From positions 52,567 to 116,566 of IMG/VR virus record IMGVR_UViG_3300027734_000048: 64,000 nt of DNA. One strand, given 5' to 3'. Below the pieces are notes generated by a model. The model saw nothing but the letters and a program-made list of their open reading frames with translations, made no database searches and was not told where the DNA came from. Below are positions 29,468 to 39,150 of this stretch, piece by piece. This DNA is from a virus. The stretch's first letter is position 1; every line of letters starts with the position of its first letter. The translations under genes were made by a program, and so were the position numbers.

Positions 29468-30128
29468 AGTTTCTCAATATTAAATTGACTGCTACTCTAG
29501 GTGCCACTAAAGTCTCAACCTCATGGGTAAGGTTTTTAGGTATAAACACAAAATCTCCTTCTACAAGATGATATTCATTTTGCAGGTTTTCTCCAGTACG
29601 CCAAATCATTTCACCTTTAACTACCCACTGAAATTGATCTACATGATCACTGTGTTTTTTTCCAACAACCCCACGATTTTTCATAAGAGAAACTAAAGCA
29701 AAGTTACCATCATAAACATCTGAAGAGTATTCAGAAAGACCCCATTTAGTTACCTGATCAAGTTCTGGAATTATGGACATATATTTATCATTTTGATCAT
29801 AAAGTTGAAAAGCCATTCTTGACCAAAATCTACATTTTAGTCTCATGTCAGAGGACTCGCCTTCAACAAAATCATTTAAAAGGTATGATCTTTCTGGAAA
29901 CTTTTCCAAGTCTTCATCAACATATTGAGAGACCATTGACATAATTGTATCTAAAGATGGAAGATCTGTAAAAACATCTTTAAATATATGAATTCTGTTT
30001 TCTTTACGGGCTTGATCTACTAATGACATATTAATTTTAGTATTTTTTGGTTCTAAACTATTTATTTTTATAGAACTATTTTTATATTTTTCCCAAGGAG
30101 ATATTTCATTCTTTTTCATTTTAGCCAA
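29466..30128 (-). CDS. JmjC/cupin-family hydroxylase
   Basis: HSDHVD.F.W.VKG...W...L.EGDFVFIPK...HEV...PR motif. Confidence 0.75.
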   Translation of the reverse strand: MAKMKKNEISPWEKYKNSSIKINSLEPKNTKINMSLVDQARKENRIHIFKDVFTDLPSLDTIMSMVSQYVDEDLEKFPERSYLLNDFVEGESSDMRLKCRFWSRMAFQLYDQNDKYMSIIPELDQVTKWGLSEYSSDVYDGNFALVSLMKNRGVVGKKHSDHVDQFQWVVKGEMIWRTGENLQNEYHLVEGDFVFIPKNLTHEVETLVAPRVAVNLILRN

Positions 30129-30712
30129 CTAACTACTGAATACCTAGTTCCTTCCAAAACTGGAAGAACCGAATGATTATAAACATAGGTTGACGGAAAC
30201 AGTAAAAGTTCATTTGAATTTGGCTTATATGTTATATTAAATCTTGGAAAAACAATCTCTCCGCCCTCATAGTTGTCATTAATATAATAAACAAGAGAAA
30301 GCCTTCTATGAAAGTCTTTGTGATCATCTATATGATTAACAAATTTTTGACCTTTACCATATTTTAAAATACTATAGGAATCATGCCATGTGGTCTCAAG
30401 TTGGTGCTCTGACTTATAATCTACCTCTGCAGGTCCAAAGCCAACTAAAAAAATATTTGATAGTATTGCATTAAAGGCTTGATCTAAATTTATAAAATCA
30501 TCAATGATTGACTTTGAATATGGCACAACAGTTGTAAGAGTATCTCTATAATCAGTGTCTATCTTTACTGTATCATCACTTTTAATAGATGATGGAGTCC
30601 AATCCCTTCTTGCACTAATCATTCCTTCTTCAATATCTGCAATAAGGCTTGTGTGATTTTCAACTACATCTGAGTATATAAAAATTCCTGGTGCTAGTTC
30701 TTTTTTATTCAT
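30116..30712 (-). CDS. prolyl-4-hydroxylase-like 2OG-Fe(II) oxygenase
   Basis: ILKY..GQKF..HID...R.LSLVYY.ND.YEGGEI.F...FPS...H.V.PV..GTRY. Confidence 0.88.
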   Translation of the reverse strand: MNKKELAPGIFIYSDVVENHTSLIADIEEGMISARRDWTPSSIKSDDTVKIDTDYRDTLTTVVPYSKSIIDDFINLDQAFNAILSNIFLVGFGPAEVDYKSEHQLETTWHDSYSILKYGKGQKFVNHIDDHKDFHRRLSLVYYINDNYEGGEIVFPRFNITYKPNSNELLLFPSTYVYNHSVLPVLEGTRYSVVSWLK

Positions 30713-30951
30713 TACCATTTTCCAATTGGACAAGATGCTTTTTCAAGTTTTGATTTAACCTTCATAAAACATCCACATTTTTTACATTGAGTTGTTAATT
30801 TTATAAGTTCTGGACATGTTTTACAAATTTCAAATCTTCTATTTGATTCTTCTTCACTGGCCCATTCTACATTTGGATTTACAATATCCCAAGGCCTTGT
30901 TTCGCCTAAATTTTGTTTATACTTTTCCCATGCTGAAAGTTGTTCTTCCAT
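30712..30951 (-). CDS. small Cys-rich (CxxC...CxxCGC...CP) protein
   Basis: R..ICKTCPEL...QCKKCGCFM..K.KL..A.CPIGKW; paralog at 38947-39147. Confidence 0.7.
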   Translation of the reverse strand: MEEQLSAWEKYKQNLGETRPWDIVNPNVEWASEEESNRRFEICKTCPELIKLTTQCKKCGCFMKVKSKLEKASCPIGKW

Positions 30952-30952
30952 T

Positions 30953-31150
30953 TTATTCTGGTGCCTTAAACTCTTTACCGTCCCAAACTGAAAAATCAGA
31001 AACAACTTGATCTTTATCAACAATCACAATTGTAGGGTTTGAGGCTAATCCAGCACGAACTTGAGGACCTTTATTGTATGTTTCATCATCAATATCTAGC
31101 ACCCAAAATACCTCATTGTTTGCTAAGAATACAAATCTTTCTTTTGCCAT
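30953..31150 (-). CDS. small hypothetical protein downstream of the adhesin
   Basis: 65 aa, AAGGAG RBS, ends WDGKEF..P like fibre-assembly helpers. Confidence 0.6.
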   Translation of the reverse strand: MAKERFVFLANNEVFWVLDIDDETYNKGPQVRAGLASNPTIVIVDKDQVVSDFSVWDGKEFKAPE

Positions 31151-31195
31151 TTTTTATCTCCTTTCTTTTAAGTATAGCATAATATGATTTTTTAA

Positions 31196-32431
31196 TCAAC
31201 AACTTTCATAGGATGTACTGCAGTCTGAGTTAGTACATATTTGAACATCTCCAGAACATGGAGTACAGTTAGGTGTACATCCAGGGGTTACAGAAGGAGT
31301 TACAGAAGGAGTTACAGCAGGTGTAACTTCTGGTGTAACAGATGGCGTAACGGCAGGTGTTACTGAAGGTGTAACTGCTGGGGTAACGGCTGGTGTTACT
31401 GCTGGTACTCCACAAAAAGTATACCCTAAGTTCATATCTGGACATCCAGCCGTCCATGATCTTTGATATGCTGTTCCGTAACCTTGAGCATTAACATTTA
31501 AACAATATACTGTTCCATCTTCATAATCACATACTGGTGCTGGAGTAACGGCTGGAGTAACGGCTGGTGTTACTGCTGGGGTAACGGCTGGTGTTACAGA
31601 TTGTGACACACATGATATAAAAGTAATAGAAACTGCAGGACCACTAAAGTCTGCATTGTTATAACAGACATTTCCGTAGGCCTCATCTCCTGGACAACTT
31701 TCATTTCCATAAACTTCGGTTCTACAATAAGGGCCTGCTGGTGTTACTGCAGGAGTTACAGGTGTTACTGCAGGAGTTACAGGTGTTACTGCAGGAGTAA
31801 CTGGTGTTACTGCAGGAGTTACGCTTGGGCAACACTCATTATTGTCAGGATTAAATGTACCTGGGCATTGCTCTTCATTTGAAGCATAGTAACATCCTGG
31901 TCCATAAGGTGTAACTGGGGTAACTGGGGTTACAGGGGTAACTGCAGGTGTAACTGGAGGTACCCAAGGTCTTCCATCGCTGTCACAACATCTTGTTGGA
32001 TCAAAACCACATGGATCAGAATAACTTCCAGATGTATCTCCTGGTGGTGGGCAAACTAGTGGAGTTACAGGTGTTACAGGGGTAACTGGGGTTACAGGTG
32101 TAACTGGTGTTACAGGTGTAACTGGGGTTACAGGTGTAACTGGGGTTACAGGTGTAACTGGAGTTACTGGGGTTACAGGGGTGACTCCAACATATGTGTA
32201 ATATCTTATGCTGATTATAGTTTCATAATTAACCAGCGTACCTGCTTGAACTGATTGTGATTCAACTTTATTATCTAGATTTTGATCTGATGTAGAAACT
32301 GGAGTACTTATAACAGCATAATTAAGATGAGATGATGAAAATGCACTTAAAGCATCTGATGATGTCATTCCAACTACATTTGGTACTAAAACCATACCTT
32401 TTGAAGATGCCCAGGATCCAAAGTTTAGCAT
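31196..32431 (-). CDS. PASTA-domain protein with (VTP)n/(AVTP)n linkers and Cys-rich modules, putative adhesin
   Basis: VPNVVGMT...A......L...V.SQS..AGT.V PASTA-like motif; 15 tandem VTP then further blocks separating small Cys-rich domains. Confidence 0.7.
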   Translation of the reverse strand: MLNFGSWASSKGMVLVPNVVGMTSSDALSAFSSSHLNYAVISTPVSTSDQNLDNKVESQSVQAGTLVNYETIISIRYYTYVGVTPVTPVTPVTPVTPVTPVTPVTPVTPVTPVTPVTPVTPVTPLVCPPPGDTSGSYSDPCGFDPTRCCDSDGRPWVPPVTPAVTPVTPVTPVTPYGPGCYYASNEEQCPGTFNPDNNECCPSVTPAVTPVTPAVTPVTPAVTPVTPAVTPAGPYCRTEVYGNESCPGDEAYGNVCYNNADFSGPAVSITFISCVSQSVTPAVTPAVTPAVTPAVTPAPVCDYEDGTVYCLNVNAQGYGTAYQRSWTAGCPDMNLGYTFCGVPAVTPAVTPAVTPSVTPAVTPSVTPEVTPAVTPSVTPSVTPGCTPNCTPCSGDVQICTNSDCSTSYESC

Positions 32432-32438
32432 CTTTTAC

Positions 32439-33068
32439 CTACGCCGTTAAATCGCCTATTAAGAGCCAAGTGTTTGTATCAATTTTTACCAATATTGCAC
32501 CAGAGTATTGTGCTGCAATCTTTTTATTCATAAACTTGCTATTAATTGTTACTCCGTTTGCTCCTTGAAAAATAACATTGCCAGAACCATTGCGAACAAT
32601 CTCAACTTTTTGACCCTTAATAAATGGAACAGAACTATTTAGTGGAACTGTAATTGTTACATCAGAAGATGAGTCAACATTTAATGTTTTCCCAGCATCT
32701 GTTTTTGCAATTGTATAATTAGATAGGGTTGTCACTAAATCTGTAGCATCTCCATAATAACGCCATTCACCATTATGGTAATACTGAATTTGATTAATTA
32801 CATCACCGTTATTATTTTGTCTTACAAAACAAACTACTCCATTGCTTGGAGAAGTAATTGCTGCATCTCTTGCAGTAAGGTTTTGAAAATTATTAACTCC
32901 AGCCTTTGCATTTGCAACGGTATCAAAAGTTACTACAGAACCAAATCTTTGATCTGCTGTCCATGTATATTGAGCGTTAGTATTAACTGCTCCACCCAAC
33001 GCATACCAAGTCTGATTTGATGCATTATAGATATATGCTACTTTTCCATCTGAATTAATTGTTGCCAT
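32439..33068 (-). CDS. fibre-tip adaptor protein
   Basis: C-terminus ...AAQYSGA.LVK...NTWLLIGDLTA homologous to the C-terminus of 21286-23334. Confidence 0.65.
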   Translation of the reverse strand: MATINSDGKVAYIYNASNQTWYALGGAVNTNAQYTWTADQRFGSVVTFDTVANAKAGVNNFQNLTARDAAITSPSNGVVCFVRQNNNGDVINQIQYYHNGEWRYYGDATDLVTTLSNYTIAKTDAGKTLNVDSSSDVTITVPLNSSVPFIKGQKVEIVRNGSGNVIFQGANGVTINSKFMNKKIAAQYSGAILVKIDTNTWLLIGDLTA

Positions 33069-33180
33069 CTGATGTGATCCCCAATGCTCTTAATTCTGCT
33101 TCTGTGATTCCAGTTGATGCAACTAATTTTGCAATTCCAATTTCACGAAGTTGTTGCTCTGTAGTTTTTTCTTTAGCCAT
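33055..33180 (-). CDS. 41-aa hypothetical protein
   Basis: MAKEKTTEQQLREIGIAKL...GITEAELRALGI; coupled to neighbours; below the ORF-track cutoff. Confidence 0.45.
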   Translation of the reverse strand: MAKEKTTEQQLREIGIAKLVASTGITEAELRALGITSDGNN

Positions 33181-33605
33181 TATGCACCAATCTCTCTCCA
33201 TGCAGAACCTGACCATACATACATTTTAAGCGGTGTGGTATCTGAATCTACCCATAGGGCACCAGTTGATGGATTTGAAGGTTGTGATGTTTGATATGAT
33301 GCCGTAGCATATTGAATATTTGTTGTAACTGCAGTTGTTGAATCAACCCAAATATATCCATTATCAATACCAGTTGGCATTGATGCTAATACAGCAGATC
33401 CAAGTCCATCTGCCTCAATATTATCAATTCTTGTATCTAATGCTTTTATGTGTCCAACTACTGAGTTTGCAACTATGTCTGCTTCTGTAGATACCGTGGC
33501 AGATGTGCCATAATGATACAACTTAAACGCTGCTTGAATATCCGCTGCCTCATCAAGACCTGGGATTTTTGTGGGATAAACTGATCCAATATTTTCAGAA
33601 GCCAT
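33180..33605 (-). CDS. short fibre/connector protein
   Basis: PSNPSTGALWVDSD...YVWSGSAW motif; leaderless promoter. Confidence 0.6.
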   Translation of the reverse strand: MASENIGSVYPTKIPGLDEAADIQAAFKLYHYGTSATVSTEADIVANSVVGHIKALDTRIDNIEADGLGSAVLASMPTGIDNGYIWVDSTTAVTTNIQYATASYQTSQPSNPSTGALWVDSDTTPLKMYVWSGSAWREIGA

Positions 33606-33613
33606 ACCTTAGA

Positions 33614-34189
33614 TTATACCACAGTAATGAATAAATGTACTGTTTGTGCTCCAGTTAAATTTGACCAAGAATTGTCAGAGTATTTGATTGCCTTTATTGT
33701 CAATGGGAGTGCTAGGTTATCACCGTCTGTAATAATTTCACCAATACTAATTGACGAAGATATTGGGTTTTGATTTAAAATGCTATATTGAATATTAAAG
33801 TTTTCTGCAGTAACAGATCCAATAAGTTCTGCGGGAACCACACTAATAAGAGGCACATTTATTTGTCTTACCCCACTTGAATTAAATGTTCCAGTATTAT
33901 TTAGGCTATGGGTATTTGGAATTAATTTAAATAGTTTTACCCACTCATTAGTTCCAGCATTATTGATATATTGATAGTAGGCCAGATAGTCTTCATGGGA
34001 TTTAAGATTGTTTATGCATAGGTCAAAAACTTTTGGTGTTTGTCCAATTGCAGTTTCGTTTGGATCTCCATTACAAATAAAAATTTGACTTCCACGATCA
34101 CCTTGTGGACCAAAATCAACTTCTAGATTTATAGTTGCTGGACCACCTAAAACTGTTATTTCATCATTAGACAATAAAACATCAGGCAT
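33614..34189 (-). CDS. virion structural protein
   Basis: 191 aa, GPQGDRGS..F...G.P motif, in the tail operon. Confidence 0.55.
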   Translation of the reverse strand: MPDVLLSNDEITVLGGPATINLEVDFGPQGDRGSQIFICNGDPNETAIGQTPKVFDLCINNLKSHEDYLAYYQYINNAGTNEWVKLFKLIPNTHSLNNTGTFNSSGVRQINVPLISVVPAELIGSVTAENFNIQYSILNQNPISSSISIGEIITDGDNLALPLTIKAIKYSDNSWSNLTGAQTVHLFITVV

Positions 34190-34563
34190 TAGGATGTTGC
34201 TCCAGTAATTTGATCTGTAACATTTAATGTTCCAGTCAACAATGTATGAACATAGTTATATGGTGTTGCATTCTTTGTAATTTCAACATCGTAGACATAG
34301 GTTGTAGAAGAACTCATAGTAGTTGAATCTCCTGGACGAATTGTACAAGTAATATAGTTTCCAACATTACCACTTGTAATAACTGCAAGGGCTTCAATTT
34401 TTGAAGAAACTCCAGCAGATCCACGGGCAGTTGAAATAGTAAATTTGGGGTTTGTATATTGAGTTAAATCAAATGTTGCACCATTAGAATCTTTAGGATA
34501 AATACGAAATTCGTAAGTGTCACCCTTATAGTATGAAATATTATATGTACCTGGAAATGCCAT
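34189..34563 (-). CDS. baseplate/fibre-attachment-like beta protein (paralog family)
   Basis: YYKGDT...YVYDVEI...T.L.GT..VTDQIT. Confidence 0.55.
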   Translation of the reverse strand: MAFPGTYNISYYKGDTYEFRIYPKDSNGATFDLTQYTNPKFTISTARGSAGVSSKIEALAVITSGNVGNYITCTIRPGDSTTMSSSTTYVYDVEITKNATPYNYVHTLLTGTLNVTDQITGATS

Positions 34564-34570
34564 AGTTTTA

Positions 34571-35308
34571 TTATACCACGCTGACGTATATTGATTTCAT
34601 AATTACTGATGAATCATAGTCAGTTCTAATTTGTGGATATGCTCCATTACCCCACATCTTTTGATCCTCAATAAATATCTGCTGAGTAACAGAAATTGGA
34701 TATGTATGCTGATATTTAAGCGATGCTACAAACTGAGATATCTCTCTATTAGAGTTTGCAAAAAATGTTCTAATCCAAACCTCAGTATTACTTGTATAAG
34801 TTGTCAACTCAAAGTTGTAGGTAATAAAAACCTGAGCACCTTCTTTAAGTCCTTTAAAGTTTAACATTCTTGCATGATTGTTCCATAGACTTACTGTATC
34901 TTTTGGTAAATAGGTTTCATTTTGAGATTCCTCGGAATTTATGTAAACTGTAACCCATCCATCATCACCTTGAGTTACTCCAAGTCTATGCATATTTGTT
35001 AAATTATTAAAATATGCTGCCCATCCTGCTTGCTGACCAGATGAAGATAGTGAACTAACTCCATCTTTACCATTTGCCCCTTTTTCGCCTTTAGGACCCT
35101 GTTTACCCTCTGGTCCTTGCTTTCCCTCTGGACCAGGGCTTCCGTCCTTTCCATCCCGTCCTGCAGGCCCTTGTGGACCTACTGGGCCAGGAACTGGTAA
35201 AAAGGAAAGTGTATTTTCTTGAGAAGCACCAGGTTGGCTTTGTTGCACTTGTGCTGCATAACTTGATTTTTGAGCACCAGGAAAATCCATAGATTTAGAA
35301 ACAGCCAT
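34571..35308 (-). CDS. collagen-like repeat virion protein
   Basis: GPVGPQGPAGRDGKDGSPGPEGKQGPEGKQGPKGEKG Gly-X-Y run. Confidence 0.75.
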   Translation of the reverse strand: MAVSKSMDFPGAQKSSYAAQVQQSQPGASQENTLSFLPVPGPVGPQGPAGRDGKDGSPGPEGKQGPEGKQGPKGEKGANGKDGVSSLSSSGQQAGWAAYFNNLTNMHRLGVTQGDDGWVTVYINSEESQNETYLPKDTVSLWNNHARMLNFKGLKEGAQVFITYNFELTTYTSNTEVWIRTFFANSNREISQFVASLKYQHTYPISVTQQIFIEDQKMWGNGAYPQIRTDYDSSVIMKSIYVSVV

Positions 35309-35335
35309 GGTTAGATTATCTCATGGTTTTAAAAA

Positions 35336-37462
35336 TTATTGACTAATATACATTCCGTTTAAACGGAAAGTTGTTGATGTTGTCATATTTGCTGGATGTT
35401 GTTTTGTTAATGGTTCCCAAGTATTTGGTGTTCCATTTCCATTAGATAAACAATACATAACTCCAATTGAATTTGATCCAGCAGTTACCTTACCACCAAT
35501 TTCATATATAGTTCCAGCGATTGTACATTGACCGAAAAGGAATCCATCATATGCTGCATTTACTGGCAATGTCAAAAAGTATTGAATTCCATTTTGACCA
35601 AAGTTAGTAACTGTTGCTAAGTTAACATCAATACTTACATTAATCATTTTTCCATTTGGAATATACCGTGCAGTTGTTGGTGTTCCTGAGTATGCAAGGT
35701 TGGTTGATGAAAGAGTTGAGGTATATGATGTTACCGCTCCTGCAAGACCTGCAGGCCCTGTATCTCCAGTATCACCTTTTACTCCTTGAGGTCCTTGTGT
35801 TCCCGTGTCACCTTTTGGTCCTGTTAAACCTGTATCACCTTTGTCACCTTTTGCACCATTAGTACCATTTGTTCCATTAGTACCTGCTGCACCAGTTAAA
35901 CCTGTGTCACCTTTAAGACCTGTTAATCCAGTATCACCCTTATCACCTTTTAATCCTTGTGGACCTTGAATTCCTTGCGGTCCTTGCAAATCTCCAGAAT
36001 CAAACCATCCTGATGAACCATATACCATTAAAGATCCATCACTTAAAAGTATGTAGGCATCTCCTAATGTTCCAGCACTTGATCCTGCTCCTGCATTGAA
36101 TGCAGTTAGGTTTGCATAACTTCCAAGAACTGTAAATGAATTTCCTGCTGGTCCTTGAACCCCTTGTGGACCTTGAATTCCTTGCTCACCCTGAAGTAGT
36201 TCTGGTTTATTAAGAATTTCAGAAAGACCAGATGTTGAATTCCAGTCAGCATTAACTTGTGGAACTGCAGCGGTAGTCTGAGTTGTATTATCACTAAAAG
36301 TTAAGTTAGTAACTTCAAGATTAGGCAACTGTGCTTGTGCAATACCGTTGATAAAGAAAACACCATTATCAATTCCCATAGTTGCATTTGTTCCTAAACT
36401 CTGGTCAATAATATTAATTGTATTTGGGCCTAAATAAACATCTGCCCAACGATGGTCAACTGTTCCAAGTGTATAAAAATTTGTTGTAGTTGGAACAATG
36501 TTACTTGCTACATTTAAAAAGTCTAGTGGATCTCCATTAAGACCTGGCTCACCCTGAATTCCTTGATCACCTTTTTCTGCAATAGGTGTCCATGATGCAT
36601 TTACAGAGCCTACTGTTGGAGGGTATCCAGGATTAAGTGGATTACCAGTTCTTACATATGTTCCGCCGTTATAATAAACAGCAATTCCTAAGTTATATGA
36701 AACACCATTGTCGTATGCACCTACAAGAGTAAATGGACTTGCTCCATTTTCCCCTGCTGGTCCTTGAGGTAAAACAAAATGTTCGTTATCATCAATTACC
36801 CATCCAGTTAAAGAAGCAGGGTTTTCACGAACTACATAAATTTTATTTGGGTTTTCATTATCCTTTACAAAAGCCCACCAATCTCCTACTGCTAATCCCA
36901 TTGGACCACCTTGATATACTGCAAGAAATTCATCTACACTATTCCATGTACCAAGAAAATATGAAGATGCTCCATTTGTACCATCTGCACCTTTAGGAAT
37001 CCATACTTCCCATTGTCCATTAACTTCATAATTAATTGGATCACCAAGTTGTCCACTTGCTTTTGCAAGATATAGTTGTCCATCTGATCCTCTAACTACT
37101 GCAATGTTTGGAAGATATCCAGACTGTGAATTGTAATTTCCTAAATAGTAAATACCAAATGGATCTCCAGCAGCACCTTGTGCACCAGAATCTCCAGGTT
37201 CTCCCTTTGCTGCTAATATATTCCAGTAGTTAGAATCAGTTGGAAGTGGAAAACTTCCACCATTTGCAACTTTAATATATGAAGAACCTTCATATGAAAC
37301 TACATAGTTTAATGGATATGTTGTTCCTGCATCAAACTCTGCAGACCATAAAAAAGAAATACCATCTTCTCCATTGGCACCTGCTGGTCCCTGTGGACCA
37401 GTTGCTCCTGGTGCTCCTGGTGTACCGTCTCCGCTACCACCTATTGTAGTAAAACGTGCCAC
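35336..37462 (-). CDS. collagen-like fibre protein with putative carbohydrate-binding modules
   Basis: Multiple Gly-X-Y runs alternating with Y..G..V.Y.G..Y...W modules. Confidence 0.8.
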   Translation of the reverse strand: MARFTTIGGSGDGTPGAPGATGPQGPAGANGEDGISFLWSAEFDAGTTYPLNYVVSYEGSSYIKVANGGSFPLPTDSNYWNILAAKGEPGDSGAQGAAGDPFGIYYLGNYNSQSGYLPNIAVVRGSDGQLYLAKASGQLGDPINYEVNGQWEVWIPKGADGTNGASSYFLGTWNSVDEFLAVYQGGPMGLAVGDWWAFVKDNENPNKIYVVRENPASLTGWVIDDNEHFVLPQGPAGENGASPFTLVGAYDNGVSYNLGIAVYYNGGTYVRTGNPLNPGYPPTVGSVNASWTPIAEKGDQGIQGEPGLNGDPLDFLNVASNIVPTTTNFYTLGTVDHRWADVYLGPNTINIIDQSLGTNATMGIDNGVFFINGIAQAQLPNLEVTNLTFSDNTTQTTAAVPQVNADWNSTSGLSEILNKPELLQGEQGIQGPQGVQGPAGNSFTVLGSYANLTAFNAGAGSSAGTLGDAYILLSDGSLMVYGSSGWFDSGDLQGPQGIQGPQGLKGDKGDTGLTGLKGDTGLTGAAGTNGTNGTNGAKGDKGDTGLTGPKGDTGTQGPQGVKGDTGDTGPAGLAGAVTSYTSTLSSTNLAYSGTPTTARYIPNGKMINVSIDVNLATVTNFGQNGIQYFLTLPVNAAYDGFLFGQCTIAGTIYEIGGKVTAGSNSIGVMYCLSNGNGTPNTWEPLTKQHPANMTTSTTFRLNGMYISQ

Positions 37463-37743
37463 TAGTTACCTGTCTCTAGTCCAGTTTTTAAAACTGAAAC
37501 TTTTGAAGTATCAATATTTGAAATTGCATAAAGTGCATCTTGTCCAGGTAGTTCAATTGAAAATGCAGAACCTGGAGCAATTCTAAATCCATAATCAGAT
37601 GATGTTACACCTTCTCCACCAATATAAACATATGCTGATTCATCTGTATTTTGAATAGTAATATCCATGCCAGAGTGCACTCCGTTTGGAGTTAGGCGGG
37701 TAGCAGAAGTGCTGCTAAGTGTTGTAAGGGCGTGAGTTGTCAT
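37462..37743 (-). CDS. small virion protein
   Basis: 93 aa; IQN....VYIGG..VT...G.RI.PG motif; leaderless promoter. Confidence 0.55.
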   Translation of the reverse strand: MTTHALTTLSSTSATRLTPNGVHSGMDITIQNTDESAYVYIGGEGVTSSDYGFRIAPGSAFSIELPGQDALYAISNIDTSKVSVLKTGLETGN

Positions 37744-37844
37744 GTATAGATTATATCACTACTTATTTACTTTAAAAGATTTACCATCTACACGTATTAC
37801 AGGCGGAAGTTCTGGTCTTGGTATACTGACTTTAACAACTGCCA

Positions 37845-38222
37845 TTAAAGTGCTCCAGAGACATCACCAATGACCTTTATGGTTCCAATTACGGGAGTCC
37901 ATACGACGGTATCAATTGTAACTTCTAGATCAAATGTTAATTCTGCAATAGCAGAGCCATAACCAGTTCCCCAGTATTGAGTTACATCAGAAGATGCTTT
38001 AACATCTACATAACCACTATGTGTCACTACCTCTAGTTCATCAATAATGTCACCCTTTGGATCATAGGCACTTGCCCTATATGTCCAAGTAGAGGTGTTA
38101 AAATATGTTTCTTCGTCATTATCTAAAAATTCAACTCTAAGGGAAGCAGAGTCTCCTCTAACAACATTCCACTTGATCTTTACTGGATCAGCACCAAAAA
38201 TATCAGGTCCACACATAGTCAT
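37845..38222 (-). CDS. baseplate/fibre-attachment-like beta protein (paralog family)
   Basis: W.VVRGD...FDLEV....VWT.VIGTI.V.GDV. Confidence 0.55.
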   Translation of the reverse strand: MTMCGPDIFGADPVKIKWNVVRGDSASLRVEFLDNDEETYFNTSTWTYRASAYDPKGDIIDELEVVTHSGYVDVKASSDVTQYWGTGYGSAIAELTFDLEVTIDTVVWTPVIGTIKVIGDVSGAL

Positions 38223-38518
38223 AAGTTTGATTATACCATTAAATTAAAAAAGATACTCAGGATAGGTGGGTATGAAGAGACTATCCTAAGTATCTTTATA
38301 AAATTATATCATATCAGTATAAGTTGGACATATAAAATATCATGTTATAAAAGTTATCAAATCGTTATAATTAAGAATGTCCATTTTGTCAGGTTATAGA
38401 ATAGTTTGTCAGGAATAGCGATAGTGTATACTTTAATATATATAAGAGAAAAGAACTATCTTTAAAGTTTAATATTTATATATCTTATATATTATATATA
38501 GCAAATAGGCAAATTAGG

Positions 38519-38806
38519 TTAATTGGATTTTTTAGCAATATAGTCTAACAATATATCATACATATGATCAAGTTTCTGCTTTTGCTCTTCACGAATTTTA
38601 CAATCTGCTTCTTGTTGTTTTTTGATTGATTTTATTTCGTCACGCATTGAAGATCCGCCGTTAGTTTTAGTTTCGGAGCGAATATCATTTACTGCTTCTT
38701 GTATTGGGGAGATTTGGATTTTAATATACCATCGTATTCCGCCGAGAACAACTCCGCCGATGCTAAGTATTGTAAGTATAAATCCAGCCCAGTCTTGAGT
38801 GCTCAT
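38519..38806 (-). CDS. membrane protein, holin-like
   Basis: One N-terminal TM helix, then coiled segment with NGGSSMRD, a pattern common in actinophage lysis-associated membrane proteins. Confidence 0.5.
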   Translation of the reverse strand: MSTQDWAGFILTILSIGGVVLGGIRWYIKIQISPIQEAVNDIRSETKTNGGSSMRDEIKSIKKQQEADCKIREEQKQKLDHMYDILLDYIAKKSN

Positions 38807-38946
38807 AACTATATTATTATACATAGCGTTTTTTATTTTTTGAAACGGTATTTAAGTCGTCGGCGAAATAGAAGTACTCCAAACCACCTTATGCTTAACA
38901 ATGCTAAACATTGGCAACTATAAGCAAGTTATGGTATTATAGACAT

Positions 38947-39147
38947 ATGTCTGACGATGTAAAATTTACTGATTTATTTAATCCTAACCAACCTAGAAGT
39001 GATAAAGAGTTAATTGAGTTTAGACTTGAAATTTGTAACACATGTGTATATTTTAATAAAAAAATGGTAAAATGTAAGAAGTGCGGATGTTTTATGAAAT
39101 TAAAGTCAACTTTAAAACAAGCAAAATGTCCAATAGGAAAGTGGTGA
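38947..39147 (+). CDS. small Cys-rich protein, paralog of 30712-30951
   Basis: R.EICNTC....CKKCGCFM.LK.TL..A.CPIGKW; TGGTATTAT 6 nt before ATG. Confidence 0.7.
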   Translation: MSDDVKFTDLFNPNQPRSDKELIEFRLEICNTCVYFNKKMVKCKKCGCFMKLKSTLKQAKCPIGKW

Positions 39148-39150
39148 TTT

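Noticed and set aside
38387-38432. Two TGTCAG hexamers (38387, 38407) as PafBC-type promoters
   Set aside because: No TAnnnT at the N10 position; the nearest TATACT is 14 nt from the second
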